The notes under the pieces: model-generated | Told to the model about the DNA's origin: nothing | Database searches by the model: none | The model's input: the letters and a program-made list of their open reading frames with translations, nothing else | Assembly: GCA_016936175.1 (NCBI GenBank) | Contig: JAFGPN010000015.1 | Location: 16,636-80,635 of the forward strand | Length of the DNA stretch: 64,000 nt | Origin: Patescibacteria group bacterium | GTDB taxonomy: Bacteria; Patescibacteriota; Kazan-3B-28; UBA10110 | Direction: 5' to 3' | Made by a program: the position numbers and the translations under genes | In this document: positions 40,425-49,973 of the stretch, piece after piece | Layout of the letters: each line of letters starts with the position of its first letter | How positions within the stretch are numbered: position 1 is the first letter of the stretch

Positions 40425-41810
40425 TTATTTGGATTTTTTAAATGAGATGCCCAATTCTTTTAGTTGTTCTGGGTTGGCTTCTCTGGGGGTGCCCATCATC
40501 GGATCGCGGGCTTTATCGGTTTTCGGAAAGGCGATTACCTCTCGGATATTGGGTTCGTTCTGCAAAACCATTACTAAACGATCTAATCCCCAGGCGATGC
40601 CACCGTGGGGAGGGGCGCCGTATGAAAACGCCTCCAACATATGGCCGAAATCTGTTTTGATCTGATCATCAGAATATCCCATAATCCCCAGTGCCGCTTG
40701 CAGAGCTTTAGGCTCATGGTTTCTAATACTGCCGCCACCGATCTCGAAACCATTTAAAACCACGTCGTACTGGGCGGCCACGATCTCACCGACATTTTTC
40801 TTAGCCAATAATTTGGGCATGCTCTCGGGCATTGGAGCGGAGAATGGGTTGTGAGTAAAGGTCCAACCACCTGATTTATCTTTTTCGAAGAAAGGAAAAT
40901 CAACTATCCAGCAAAATGCTAACAGGTCGGGGTCTTGTTTATCCTCGCGGAGGTCTGGCCGATCAGTTTTAAATTTTTTCTGTGCTTCGGCATAAGTAAA
41001 TCGGGGGAAGGGTATCGTCTGAATCCGTTTTTTGGGATATAAGGTTTTTACCAATTCGATTAGCAGTTTTTCGTTGAGCGCCATTACATCTTCGCGTTCA
41101 ACAAACGACATTTCGAGATCGAGTTGGGTAAATTCGGGTTGGCGATCCCCTCTCGAGTCTTCGTCACGCATACATTTAGCTATCTGGTAGTAGCGCTCTA
41201 TGCCGGCGGTCATCAATAGTTGTTTGTATTGCTGAGGGGCTTGAGGCAGAGCGTAGAAACTGCCAAGATATTTGCGGCTGGGAACTAAGAAGTCTCTGGC
41301 CCCCTCAGGGGTCGGTGCCGATAGGATAGGTGTCTCTACGTCGATAAACCCCTCTTGGTTCAAGAAGGTTCGAATATGGTTGATTAATTTGTGGCGCGCA
41401 ATTAGATTATTTTTAATTCGCTCATGGCGGATATCCAAGTAACGGTATTTTAGCCGCAACTCTTCGTCGGTAGCCTTTTCCTTATCAATTTCGAAAGGTG
41501 GTGTCTGGGCTGAGTTAATAATAATTAGCTCGGTAGCGGCGACCTCCACTTTGCCGGTGGCGATCTTAGGGTTGCAATACTTCTCGCCTCTCTCCACCAC
41601 CTTTCCGTTTACTTCGACTACATATTCGGCCCCCAATTCTTTAGTGAGATGAGATTTAGTATCGTCGAATACTACCTGGATGATGCCAGAAACATCACGC
41701 AAATCCACAAATACGATGCCACCCATGTTACGGATACTATGTACCCATCCCTTTAGTGTGACTTTTTTCCCAATCTGTTTTATCGCTTCCAGCGCTAAAC
41801 TTCGTTTCAT
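40425..41810 (-). CDS. aspS: Aspartyl-tRNA synthetase, short form without GAD insert, probably non-discriminating
   Basis: TPEGARDF, RQPEFTQLD, GGGSIR, PPHGGIAWGLDR. Confidence 0.95.
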   Translation of the reverse strand: MKRSLALEAIKQIGKKVTLKGWVHSIRNMGGIVFVDLRDVSGIIQVVFDDTKSHLTKELGAEYVVEVNGKVVERGEKYCNPKIATGKVEVAATELIIINSAQTPPFEIDKEKATDEELRLKYRYLDIRHERIKNNLIARHKLINHIRTFLNQEGFIDVETPILSAPTPEGARDFLVPSRKYLGSFYALPQAPQQYKQLLMTAGIERYYQIAKCMRDEDSRGDRQPEFTQLDLEMSFVEREDVMALNEKLLIELVKTLYPKKRIQTIPFPRFTYAEAQKKFKTDRPDLREDKQDPDLLAFCWIVDFPFFEKDKSGGWTFTHNPFSAPMPESMPKLLAKKNVGEIVAAQYDVVLNGFEIGGGSIRNHEPKALQAALGIMGYSDDQIKTDFGHMLEAFSYGAPPHGGIAWGLDRLVMVLQNEPNIREVIAFPKTDKARDPMMGTPREANPEQLKELGISFKKSK

Positions 41811-41838
41811 TTGGTAGTTTTACCCTAACATCATAACA

Positions 41839-41927
41839 TTGCCAGATTTCAGATGCCAGATTTCCGATCTCGGACACGAAAAAACGCTCTCCGATCTCTG
41901 ATATCCGACGTCTGATATCCGGACTCT
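41839..41927. repeat. Degenerate 7-mer tandem repeats
   Basis: CAGATTT/CAGATGC then TCTGATA/TCCGACG units. Confidence 0.55.
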
Positions 41928-41928
41928 G

Positions 41929-42216
41929 TTATTTGCCAATCATTAGCTTGGCCAGGGAATTAAAAACATTCTGCAAGACCGGAACGATACCTGGGAAGAG
42001 CACTACAATTAGCACCAACCACATCCAGTTCTTTTTGATCAGATTCCACAAGAAGGCGGCCAGCGCCAAGATGATAATAATTGATACTACCCACTGATAC
42101 TTTTCTGGAAAGATGCCAATAAACTGGTTGTAGATGTTAAAGATTCGCTCGAAGAAGCCGGTGGTGGCCTCTTCGGTAACTTTGTCGACGATGGCATTAG
42201 TGATGGTGTTGTTCAT
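41929..42216 (-). CDS. Small membrane protein
   Basis: Two hydrophobic helices. Confidence 0.7.
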   Translation of the reverse strand: MNNTITNAIVDKVTEEATTGFFERIFNIYNQFIGIFPEKYQWVVSIIIILALAAFLWNLIKKNWMWLVLIVVLFPGIVPVLQNVFNSLAKLMIGK

Positions 42217-42237
42217 TCCACCAATATTTTATCATCT

Positions 42238-43242
42238 CTATTTTACCATAGCGGCCTTAAATTCTTCTACCATATCAACCGGGGTGGGATCAATGCCTAA
42301 GGAGAGGGCCAAGAAATAAGATACCCAATCCATTAGCATTAGTGTGCTTAGGGCTTTTTCTGGATAGGTTTTTCCCACCATATCGACGATCTTACTGGCC
42401 ACCCCTCGCCCCTTCAATACTTGCGCCAAGATCTCTATCCGTTGGTTAATCTTTGGATGATCGTTCTTATCTCTTAGCATCAATGCAAAGTAGGCGCCCT
42501 GCTGCAGATTAGTAAAGCCGACCATCTCATTATGGTTCATCTCTGGTAAAACATTCCAAAAGCAGGGTACCTTACTGTTCTCATTAATCTTGATTTTAGC
42601 GATACGCGCTACTGGCCAGTAGTTATCCGAAGCATAGATTAGGGGTGTGCGACCGATTAGTTCGTGGGCAATTCTGCTACCCATCTCTTCGAGTGGTTGT
42701 CCCTTTAAAAATTCGGCGGTCGAAAGTAAAGCATCCTTAGCGGATTCCGGTAGTATCCGAGCGTTTATTAGTAGTTGAGTTAAGACAGCTATAACATATC
42801 CAGATGACATTCTTGGCTGAAAATTCTGGGACTCCTTGATTAATAGCGCCAACGGCCAGGAGTTTACCCGAGCTAACTCGGCTAATTTACCGCCAGAAGC
42901 TATCGTGATGATCCGTGCCCCTTGTTGGTGCGCGGTTTCTATTGCCGAGAGGGTCTCCTCGGTGTTACCCGAAAAGGATATGCCGATGACCAGGGTCTTG
43001 GACGATACGAATTTTGGCAGGTCGTAGCTCCGGTGCACCGAAAAAGGCACTTGGATGCTTGGCTTGAAGAAAGCATAAACTAGATCGGGCGCCAGAGCGC
43101 TACCGCCAATTCCAACGATTATTACCTCGTTAATATCTGTGGGAATCTGAATATCTTTTGCCAAAGCAAGCCCCTTGGCAAATTGCTCTGGGTAGCCCTT
43201 AATCATCGAATACATGTCGGACGGATCTTTTGGATTCATCAT
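42238..43242 (-). CDS. Bifunctional phosphoglucose/phosphomannose isomerase
   Basis: GIGGS, SFSGNTEETL, NENSK, PEMNHNE. Confidence 0.93.
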   Translation of the reverse strand: MMNPKDPSDMYSMIKGYPEQFAKGLALAKDIQIPTDINEVIIVGIGGSALAPDLVYAFFKPSIQVPFSVHRSYDLPKFVSSKTLVIGISFSGNTEETLSAIETAHQQGARIITIASGGKLAELARVNSWPLALLIKESQNFQPRMSSGYVIAVLTQLLINARILPESAKDALLSTAEFLKGQPLEEMGSRIAHELIGRTPLIYASDNYWPVARIAKIKINENSKVPCFWNVLPEMNHNEMVGFTNLQQGAYFALMLRDKNDHPKINQRIEILAQVLKGRGVASKIVDMVGKTYPEKALSTLMLMDWVSYFLALSLGIDPTPVDMVEEFKAAMVK

Positions 43243-43303
43243 ATTCCTCTTATTTTGCCGACCTGGAGTGCGATCGCACTCCTAATCGGCAAGGGTAAAT
43301 AAG

Positions 43304-44161
43304 TTATCTAGCGAGTTTTTTAACAAATTTCAGCTCTTTGATTCGGCTGGAAATAGCTCCCTTCGAATCGCCACCATACGGAGTTTCCATAATAAATGGG
43401 AGAGTGCGGAGCTTGGGGTGATGTAAGAGCGCTTTAAAACCAACGGTTCCAACATACCCTTGCCCGATCAGGGCATGGCGATCTTTTTTGGAACCAAGTT
43501 CGAATAGAGCATCATTAACGTGAATAAATTTTAGGTGTTGGATGCCGATTAGTTTATCGAATTTTTTTACCAACGCATCAATATCTTTTTTGGTGCGTAG
43601 GTCTATACCAGAAACAAATAAATGGCAAGTATCTAAGCAGAATCCAAATCTTTTTTTGTTCTTTATCCCCCGCCAGATCTGGGCTAACTCCTCGATAGTA
43701 TCGCCGATGCGATTTCCCGCTCCGGCATCGTTTTCGATAATTAAGGGGATGGGATATTTCTCGTCGCTTAATTCGGCCAATCGATTTAAAGTTTCTGTGG
43801 CCAATTTTAGACCTTCTTCGTTGCTGTTCTGGTTACTGCCGCAGTGGAAGTTGTAGCCATCGGCTCCAATCGCATAGGCGACTCTAATCTCTTCCTTCAT
43901 CTTTTTTAGGCTCATTCGCCGTAAGGTATTTTTATGGCTGGCTGGATTAGGTAGATAAGCGGAGTGAACTAAAACTTTTTTAACCTTTGATTTAGATAGG
44001 GCGCCTTTAAATTTTTTTACGACTGCTAAATCCACCTCCGGTGTCTGCCACACCTGAGGGCTGCCCACAAAAATTTGGATGGCAGTACAGCCGATGATTT
44101 CGGCTTCGGCAATAGCTTTATGTAACCCCCCGGCGGCGGAAACGTGATAGCCAATTAGCAT
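43304..44161 (-). CDS. nfo: Endonuclease IV
   Basis: GYHVS, ENDAG, CLDTCH, HVND, DRH, ETP. Confidence 0.95.
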   Translation of the reverse strand: MLIGYHVSAAGGLHKAIAEAEIIGCTAIQIFVGSPQVWQTPEVDLAVVKKFKGALSKSKVKKVLVHSAYLPNPASHKNTLRRMSLKKMKEEIRVAYAIGADGYNFHCGSNQNSNEEGLKLATETLNRLAELSDEKYPIPLIIENDAGAGNRIGDTIEELAQIWRGIKNKKRFGFCLDTCHLFVSGIDLRTKKDIDALVKKFDKLIGIQHLKFIHVNDALFELGSKKDRHALIGQGYVGTVGFKALLHHPKLRTLPFIMETPYGGDSKGAISSRIKELKFVKKLAR

Positions 44162-44163
44162 AG

Positions 44164-44607
44164 CTACATTCTACCAGTTGTTGTGGAAACTATCTCTACC
44201 TGATCAGCTGGCTTAGCGGCGGCAATGGCTTCGGCTCTAAAATTTATCCAGGCAGGGGTGGCCCAATCGTCCACATCAGCCACTAGTGGGTGTCCCCCTA
44301 AAGCACCGTGTAGTTTAGCATCGCTGTCTATAAAATGAATTGGGTGATCTCGTTGGGTGATGTCAGGGGGATCGACAACCATACCGGTTTTACGATCCAT
44401 GCCGCAAAGCCAGTGATATGGTTGAGTGGTTGGTTGGTTACCATTATTGCCGGATATCTCTCTTGATTCAATTACTATCCCTCCAAGCTCAGAAAAATGT
44501 TTTGCTCGCTCGAACGGCTCGAGATTTTCCTCGACCATCTGGCGGAGACAGACTATCTCGGCTGTGTGCTTTGGGTCGGACCAATATTCAGGCGCCTCTC
44601 TGCCCAT
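44164..44607 (-). CDS. Hypothetical protein
   Basis: ORF abutting nfo. Confidence 0.55.
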   Translation of the reverse strand: MGREAPEYWSDPKHTAEIVCLRQMVEENLEPFERAKHFSELGGIVIESREISGNNGNQPTTQPYHWLCGMDRKTGMVVDPPDITQRDHPIHFIDSDAKLHGALGGHPLVADVDDWATPAWINFRAEAIAAAKPADQVEIVSTTTGRM

Positions 44608-44751
44608 GAAGTTAGCTTTAACTTATTACCCTTCAGTCTATCAGAAAAGCGTTTGGTTATTAAAAAAGCGAGGGGCGGATCGTTGGTCAACCCGCCAATC
44701 CTCGCTTAATGCTCCAGGGCGAATTATGCGGCTCGGCTGGGATCGGTGCTG

Positions 44752-46020
44752 CTAAGTCACCGATTGATCAGCGGGCATCGCAGCGTACAGCTCAATCATG
44801 GTACGCAGAATTTGCGGGATTGCCTCCAGCTCTTCTATTACCACAAATTCCTGTGGTCCGTGAAGATTGCGGGTGCCCGTTCCGATGTTCGGTGACGGCA
44901 GATTGGGATAGTGCATGTTCACCATCGCTCCGTCCGTGCCACCGCGCACTGACTTATAGTAGGGCTTAAACCCACAGATTTCATGTGCGCGGAAGCCGAC
45001 CGATACCAGCTCGCGGTGTGCTTCCGTTGCATCCTGGATGTTGATGGACATCACTCGATCCGACACTTTGAATGTCGCCCGGTAAAGAGCTGCGGCTTCT
45101 TCTGCGATCTCACGAATGTTCTCTAACATCCAGTCGGACTCCTCGCGGCGGAACGACCTGGGGATGCAGGTGACCCTGGCTCCGCTAGCCTTGCCGCTGT
45201 ACTCCGTCACGTAATAGAAAGGCTGCTGGCCGCGGCTACGCATTGGCGTACGATGACGCAACAAAGCGGCCATTAGTTCCATGGCGGCGTATTGAGCCGG
45301 GTGCAACTTGTGAGGGCTGACTCCAGGATGCGCGTCAACTCCCGCAAAATCGATTACGACCTCACGGGTAATGAAACAGGCATTCTCCACTGGCCCGACT
45401 TCCTCGCCATCCACCGTCCATAAGACGTTCCACGACCGTACCAGCTCTTCCGGCAAGGTACTGATGTCTAGCGCACCAATCTCCTCGTCCACGCAGAACC
45501 AGAAGGTTAGTGGACCGTGAGGTTCAGGCTCTTGTACCAACTGGTACATGGTTTCAATCAGCGCAACCACCCCTGCCTTGTCATCGCCCCCGAGTAGCGT
45601 AGTGCCGTCGGATGTAATGATGGTCTTGCCCACTAGACCACCCAAATCACTCTCCGGAATGACCTGGCCACTGTCGGCCAGGGTTAAGTCGCCGCCCTCG
45701 TAAATGCGGATATGCGGATTGCATACCTGGCCTGGGAAGCCATAGTAGGTGTCCAGGTGGGCGGCAAAGCAAACATGCGGTGTCGTTTCGTAGCCTGGGG
45801 TAGCCGGAATAATCAGTGCAAACGAGCCGTCCTGAAATGACTGAATGCGCCAGTTGTTCGGCAAGCCGAAGTCAGCTAGATCCCGCCTGATCATATCGGC
45901 TAAAGTTTCCTGGCCAGGAGTGCTTGGATGGTGGATTTCCGCGCCATCCTCAAATTTACACGAGCGAGTGTCTACGGCAATGTATCGTAGAAACCGCTCG
46001 ATAATGGTACTCCGTTTCAC
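44752..46020 (-). CDS. pepT: Tripeptide aminopeptidase PepT (M20)
   Basis: PSTPGQ, AHLDT, LLGGDDKAG, DEEIG, RGGTDGA; GGAGG before GTG 46020. Confidence 0.92.
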   Translation of the reverse strand: MKRSTIIERFLRYIAVDTRSCKFEDGAEIHHPSTPGQETLADMIRRDLADFGLPNNWRIQSFQDGSFALIIPATPGYETTPHVCFAAHLDTYYGFPGQVCNPHIRIYEGGDLTLADSGQVIPESDLGGLVGKTIITSDGTTLLGGDDKAGVVALIETMYQLVQEPEPHGPLTFWFCVDEEIGALDISTLPEELVRSWNVLWTVDGEEVGPVENACFITREVVIDFAGVDAHPGVSPHKLHPAQYAAMELMAALLRHRTPMRSRGQQPFYYVTEYSGKASGARVTCIPRSFRREESDWMLENIREIAEEAAALYRATFKVSDRVMSINIQDATEAHRELVSVGFRAHEICGFKPYYKSVRGGTDGAMVNMHYPNLPSPNIGTGTRNLHGPQEFVVIEELEAIPQILRTMIELYAAMPADQSVT

Positions 46021-46254
46021 GGGGCAGTCCTCCTTCTGGATGTCAAACAATGTATGCTTCACAAACAAGCTAGACCAACTAGCTCACTTGGCTACTTAGT
46101 CTATCAAACAGGTAGTTTCTGGCAAGTCATAGTTAATGACAAAGGCATAAAGCTTTGTTATATATAGATGAGACAAGCCGTTATCATTCCGTCTACGCCG
46201 AGGCTACGCCGGACTACACTAGTGGTTAGGACGTCTCAAGCTGACAATTATCAA

Positions 46255-46329
46255 GCCGCCATCGTCTAGTGGTTAGGACGCAAGATTCTCATTCTTGTAA
46301 CCGGGGTTCGACTCCCCGTGGCGGTACCA
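46255..46329 (+). tRNA. tRNA-Glu (CTC), CCA encoded
   Basis: Cloverleaf; CAAGA-TTCTCAT-TCTTG anticodon arm; GGTTCGACT T-arm. Confidence 0.95.
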
Positions 46330-46431
46330 CTTCAGAGCTCTTGCCAAGAAGCCCCAGAGGTGATATTTTTGCCTGGTACAGCCTGGGCTGGGATGCCCAA
46401 GCACGAATAGCCAGACGATAAGCCAGAAGAT

Positions 46432-46992
46432 ATGGTTGGACAGCTCCGGAAGATACAAATAGGGGTAATGGGGTCGGCTGCGGATTTGGAGTACTCCAAG
46501 GAATTAGAGCAGTTGGCTTTTGAGATCGGTAGTCGCATTGCCGAAAGCGGCAATATCACCGTGTACGGAGCAGAAAAAGATTACGACTCACTCTCAACTG
46601 CTGCCTCACGTGGCGCCAAGAGTGCTGGCGGTATTACAGTTGGTATAACCTACGGGAAGGGTAAAGATATTTGGGATAAAGATGGCAACACGGATGTCAT
46701 CATAGCTACTGGTATCGAAAGAGGCGGAGGCCGCGAATTTGTGCTAGTTAATTCTTGTGATGCTATTATCATCGTATCTGGAGGATCCGGGACGCTAACC
46801 GAATCAGCCATCGCGTATCAACTGAATATCCCCATCGTGGCGCTAGTCGGTACTGGCGGTTGGGCCGATAAATTAGCGGATACCTATATTGACGGGCGTA
46901 ACCGAATCAAGGTTGGTGCGGCAACAACACCCAAAGAAGCGGTGGAACTGGCATTAGATTCAGCGCGCGGTAAGATGGCAAACAATGGTTGA
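46432..46992 (+). CDS. LOG/TIGR00725 family protein
   Basis: IGVMGS, GGSGTLTE. Confidence 0.85.
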   Translation: MVGQLRKIQIGVMGSAADLEYSKELEQLAFEIGSRIAESGNITVYGAEKDYDSLSTAASRGAKSAGGITVGITYGKGKDIWDKDGNTDVIIATGIERGGGREFVLVNSCDAIIIVSGGSGTLTESAIAYQLNIPIVALVGTGGWADKLADTYIDGRNRIKVGAATTPKEAVELALDSARGKMANNG

Positions 46993-47689
46993 CGCTTCTA
47001 GGCAAAAGCAGCGTCATCCTATAATTTTTGATTTAGACGGCACACTCTATGAATTACGTGGCGGTTCTTATAAACGCTCTCTTCTGCGGAAGCGAGTGGT
47101 TGATAATGCCAGAAAGTATGTGGCCGCCAAACTCAAGTGTGGCGAGTCGAAAGCCCGTAAGGTCCTGGCTAACATTCAGAAATTATATGGTGAAAATGTG
47201 AGCATTGGGCTAGAAAAGGAATTTAAAATCAATCGTTATGATTATTTTGACACCGTTTGGAATATACCGGCCAAAGGTATCGTTAAGAAAGAGGGGGGGC
47301 TTGGCAAAACTCTATCGTCGCTAAAGACGAGATACGATTTAGTGCTGCTTTCCGATGCCCCGAGAGTGTGGATCGACAGCGTATTAGCGGAGCTGAGAAT
47401 AAAAGATATTTTTTGCGATAATGTTTTTTCTGGAGAAGGCAATAATCGCAAGGGATTAGGCACTGCTTTCCGGAATGTCACCAAGGCTTTGGATATTGAG
47501 CCCAGCAGCTGCATAGTAGTTGGCGACCAAGAAGATACTGACATTATCCCCGCGGTTAAGCTGGGCATGCGGGCTATTTTTGTACATCGCACTAGGCGTT
47601 CGAAGGTGGCGGATATTACGATTAAATCAATTATGCAGTTGCCGGCAGCTATTCGTGAGCTACCGGATCGTCGGGTGATCCGTAATTAG
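46985..47689 (+). CDS. HAD family hydrolase
   Basis: FDLDGTL; VGDQEDTDI. Confidence 0.88.
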   Translation: MVDASRQKQRHPIIFDLDGTLYELRGGSYKRSLLRKRVVDNARKYVAAKLKCGESKARKVLANIQKLYGENVSIGLEKEFKINRYDYFDTVWNIPAKGIVKKEGGLGKTLSSLKTRYDLVLLSDAPRVWIDSVLAELRIKDIFCDNVFSGEGNNRKGLGTAFRNVTKALDIEPSSCIVVGDQEDTDIIPAVKLGMRAIFVHRTRRSKVADITIKSIMQLPAAIRELPDRRVIRN

Positions 47690-47776
47690 TCTCTCCAGGA
47701 TTGATTTTTATCCGGGACTGGGGTAGCATTGTGAGTTAGACTGTTGTTTAAAAATTCAAACGGAGGTCGCTGTGCT

Positions 47777-48643
47777 ATGGACATTCAAGATGTTGAGAAA
47801 CTGATCGGCGCGCGTTACTCAGATTCCTACGCTTCAGGGCACATGGGATCTCAGATTTGGCGTTTCCAACGCCAGAACGACCATAAGCCGCTGGTTGTTA
47901 AATTTGCCGCGGCAGAAGATGCCGATGCAATGACCGATATCGCAGCTAATGTCCTCGGGTATGAAAAGATTCGGTCGATCGGAGGATCCAGCTTGATCCC
48001 TTCTGGGCTTAAGGAGATTCCGGCAACGGATGGACGAGCTCTCGTCATGGAGGATTTGGGGCAGTCCATGAGGGTGGCTGATCGTGGATTGAGCATGTTC
48101 GTTATGTTCTGGATCCACTTTCGACAAGTTGTGCTGCAAACCGTGTCACCAACTCAGCCGAAGTCGTCTGGCTTGCCTAGCTTCGTGGCGGAAGTCGTGC
48201 ACCACATGGAGCGGTTTTCGCACGGAGACGTTCCCCGAATTATCGAGACGATCGGGGAGCGTGATTGGGGCATTAACTGGGGACGACCGGCCCTTATGTT
48301 GCTTGATTTCACCCCAGACAATCTGTTTGTTCGCGAGGACAACCTGGCGTTTATCGATCCTTGGCCTCAAAACACCTATCTGGGACATCCGGCCGTCAGC
48401 ATCGGGCAGTTCATCGCGTTAACACGCATCTATCAAATGCGGGACGCTGGTCAGGCCACCTGCATGCTAGAGGGGCGTTGTCGCGAAGAACTTCCCGCAA
48501 TACTTGGTTGCGATGTTTCATCGATCGAACAAGCGCTACGTATCGGGATGACGCTGCAGTATGTGTTGTCTTCATACGTCAGGCAGACATCTGCCCCATC
48601 CCGAGCTAATGAGATCCTGGCAGAGGCGTTCAAGCTATGGTGA
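47777..48643 (+). CDS. Possible kinase/phosphotransferase-fold protein
   Basis: VVK, LVMEDLG, LDFTPDNL, FIDP. Confidence 0.55.
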   Translation: MDIQDVEKLIGARYSDSYASGHMGSQIWRFQRQNDHKPLVVKFAAAEDADAMTDIAANVLGYEKIRSIGGSSLIPSGLKEIPATDGRALVMEDLGQSMRVADRGLSMFVMFWIHFRQVVLQTVSPTQPKSSGLPSFVAEVVHHMERFSHGDVPRIIETIGERDWGINWGRPALMLLDFTPDNLFVREDNLAFIDPWPQNTYLGHPAVSIGQFIALTRIYQMRDAGQATCMLEGRCREELPAILGCDVSSIEQALRIGMTLQYVLSSYVRQTSAPSRANEILAEAFKLW

Positions 48644-48762
48644 CCGCAGGGGTTAGACCCCAACAGGCCGATTGGCTCCCACACTGAGCCGGTCGGTTTT
48701 TTATAAAAAAGAGGGCGCCGGATGGCGCCCTTTATCGTACTTGTCTGGCAACGTGGCGGCTG

Positions 48763-49767
48763 CTACGCCAAGCTGGCTATTTCCGTCAGCGAGTACTGCC
48801 ACTGGCGGATGAGATTAATGAACCGATCGTTCGGCTGAGCCGAGAACCCGAGCGGGATTCGCTCCATCATCTTCACCGTTACCGGATGCCCGAGGGTGTC
48901 TTCCACCAGTTCAAACAACTGGATGGAAACATCGAGCAGGCCCAGGCGAAGCCGCTGGAACTTTTCGGGGTCTAACTCGTCGAGTGAGCCACGATTGCGG
49001 CCCTTGTCTTCGAGGTAGCTGAGCCCGCGCCAGATCCCGTCGATCGGTTCGATCACCGTGCGGCCAGAGAGTGGCCAGCCGGGGACGAGATCGCGCATGC
49101 AGACCCAGTCTTGGTTCTCCGACTTGGGGATGACGTTGTCCGGGTGGACGATCAGCGGCACGGCCGTTGGTTTGCCATCATTGAAGTGGAAGACCACGAT
49201 GGCGGATTCCACGCTGACGCCGGAGTCGGCAAAGAAATTGCCGATCTTGCGAACCGTGGAACCCTCCCAGTAGCCGTCATCGACTAGCACGATCCGGCGT
49301 CCGTTGGCTTGCTCGGCCAGCTGCTTGACCTGCTTCTCGATGGGCGGAAATTTGGGACGAGGGCCGTGTTCGTGATCGATGTCGTCGCCGTGGATGTCGC
49401 AGATGCGAGTGATGCTGATTTGAGGCAGCTCGTCTTGGCAGCATATGGTCGGATCGAGCGACACGAAAAACACTTCGCTGTGCTGACGCGCGTGGTGAAA
49501 GAACGCAGCAACTTCCTCGCTGGGGAAGCTGTGGTCCATTACCATACGCTCGGCCAACGAGTGGCCGACGTGGCACCGCAGCTCGGACTGGGTCTTCATC
49601 GTCAATTCCCAGGTTTTCGGTAGATGGTCAGACATCAGTTTCTTGATGCCCGCCTCCAACTTACTAACCCGGGATGCCGGAAGATTCCAGCCCGCACAAG
49701 CGGCGGATTCTACCAGGTCGGCCGTTAGGATGTAAGAAAGCCGGTTAGGCTCACCCTTGGCAGACAT
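48763..49767 (-). CDS. Phosphoribosyltransferase-like protein
   Basis: IVLVDDGYWEGST. Confidence 0.65.
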   Translation of the reverse strand: MSAKGEPNRLSYILTADLVESAACAGWNLPASRVSKLEAGIKKLMSDHLPKTWELTMKTQSELRCHVGHSLAERMVMDHSFPSEEVAAFFHHARQHSEVFFVSLDPTICCQDELPQISITRICDIHGDDIDHEHGPRPKFPPIEKQVKQLAEQANGRRIVLVDDGYWEGSTVRKIGNFFADSGVSVESAIVVFHFNDGKPTAVPLIVHPDNVIPKSENQDWVCMRDLVPGWPLSGRTVIEPIDGIWRGLSYLEDKGRNRGSLDELDPEKFQRLRLGLLDVSIQLFELVEDTLGHPVTVKMMERIPLGFSAQPNDRFINLIRQWQYSLTEIASLA

Positions 49768-49973
49768 CAGGATTCCGAGTCTCCTTTATGGAAATGTACC
49801 CTGGCCGATGTTTTGTCCCAACATAGGGCATCACCAGAGCCGTATTAAACGTATACCCTAAACCAATAAAGTCAATGTCACCACTGATTTCGTGCCATAA
49901 ATTTGTAATAAAAAAGCCGCCACCCACGGGGATGTGGGGGCGGCGTAGTTATCTTGAGGGTCGGTAGCTGGAG

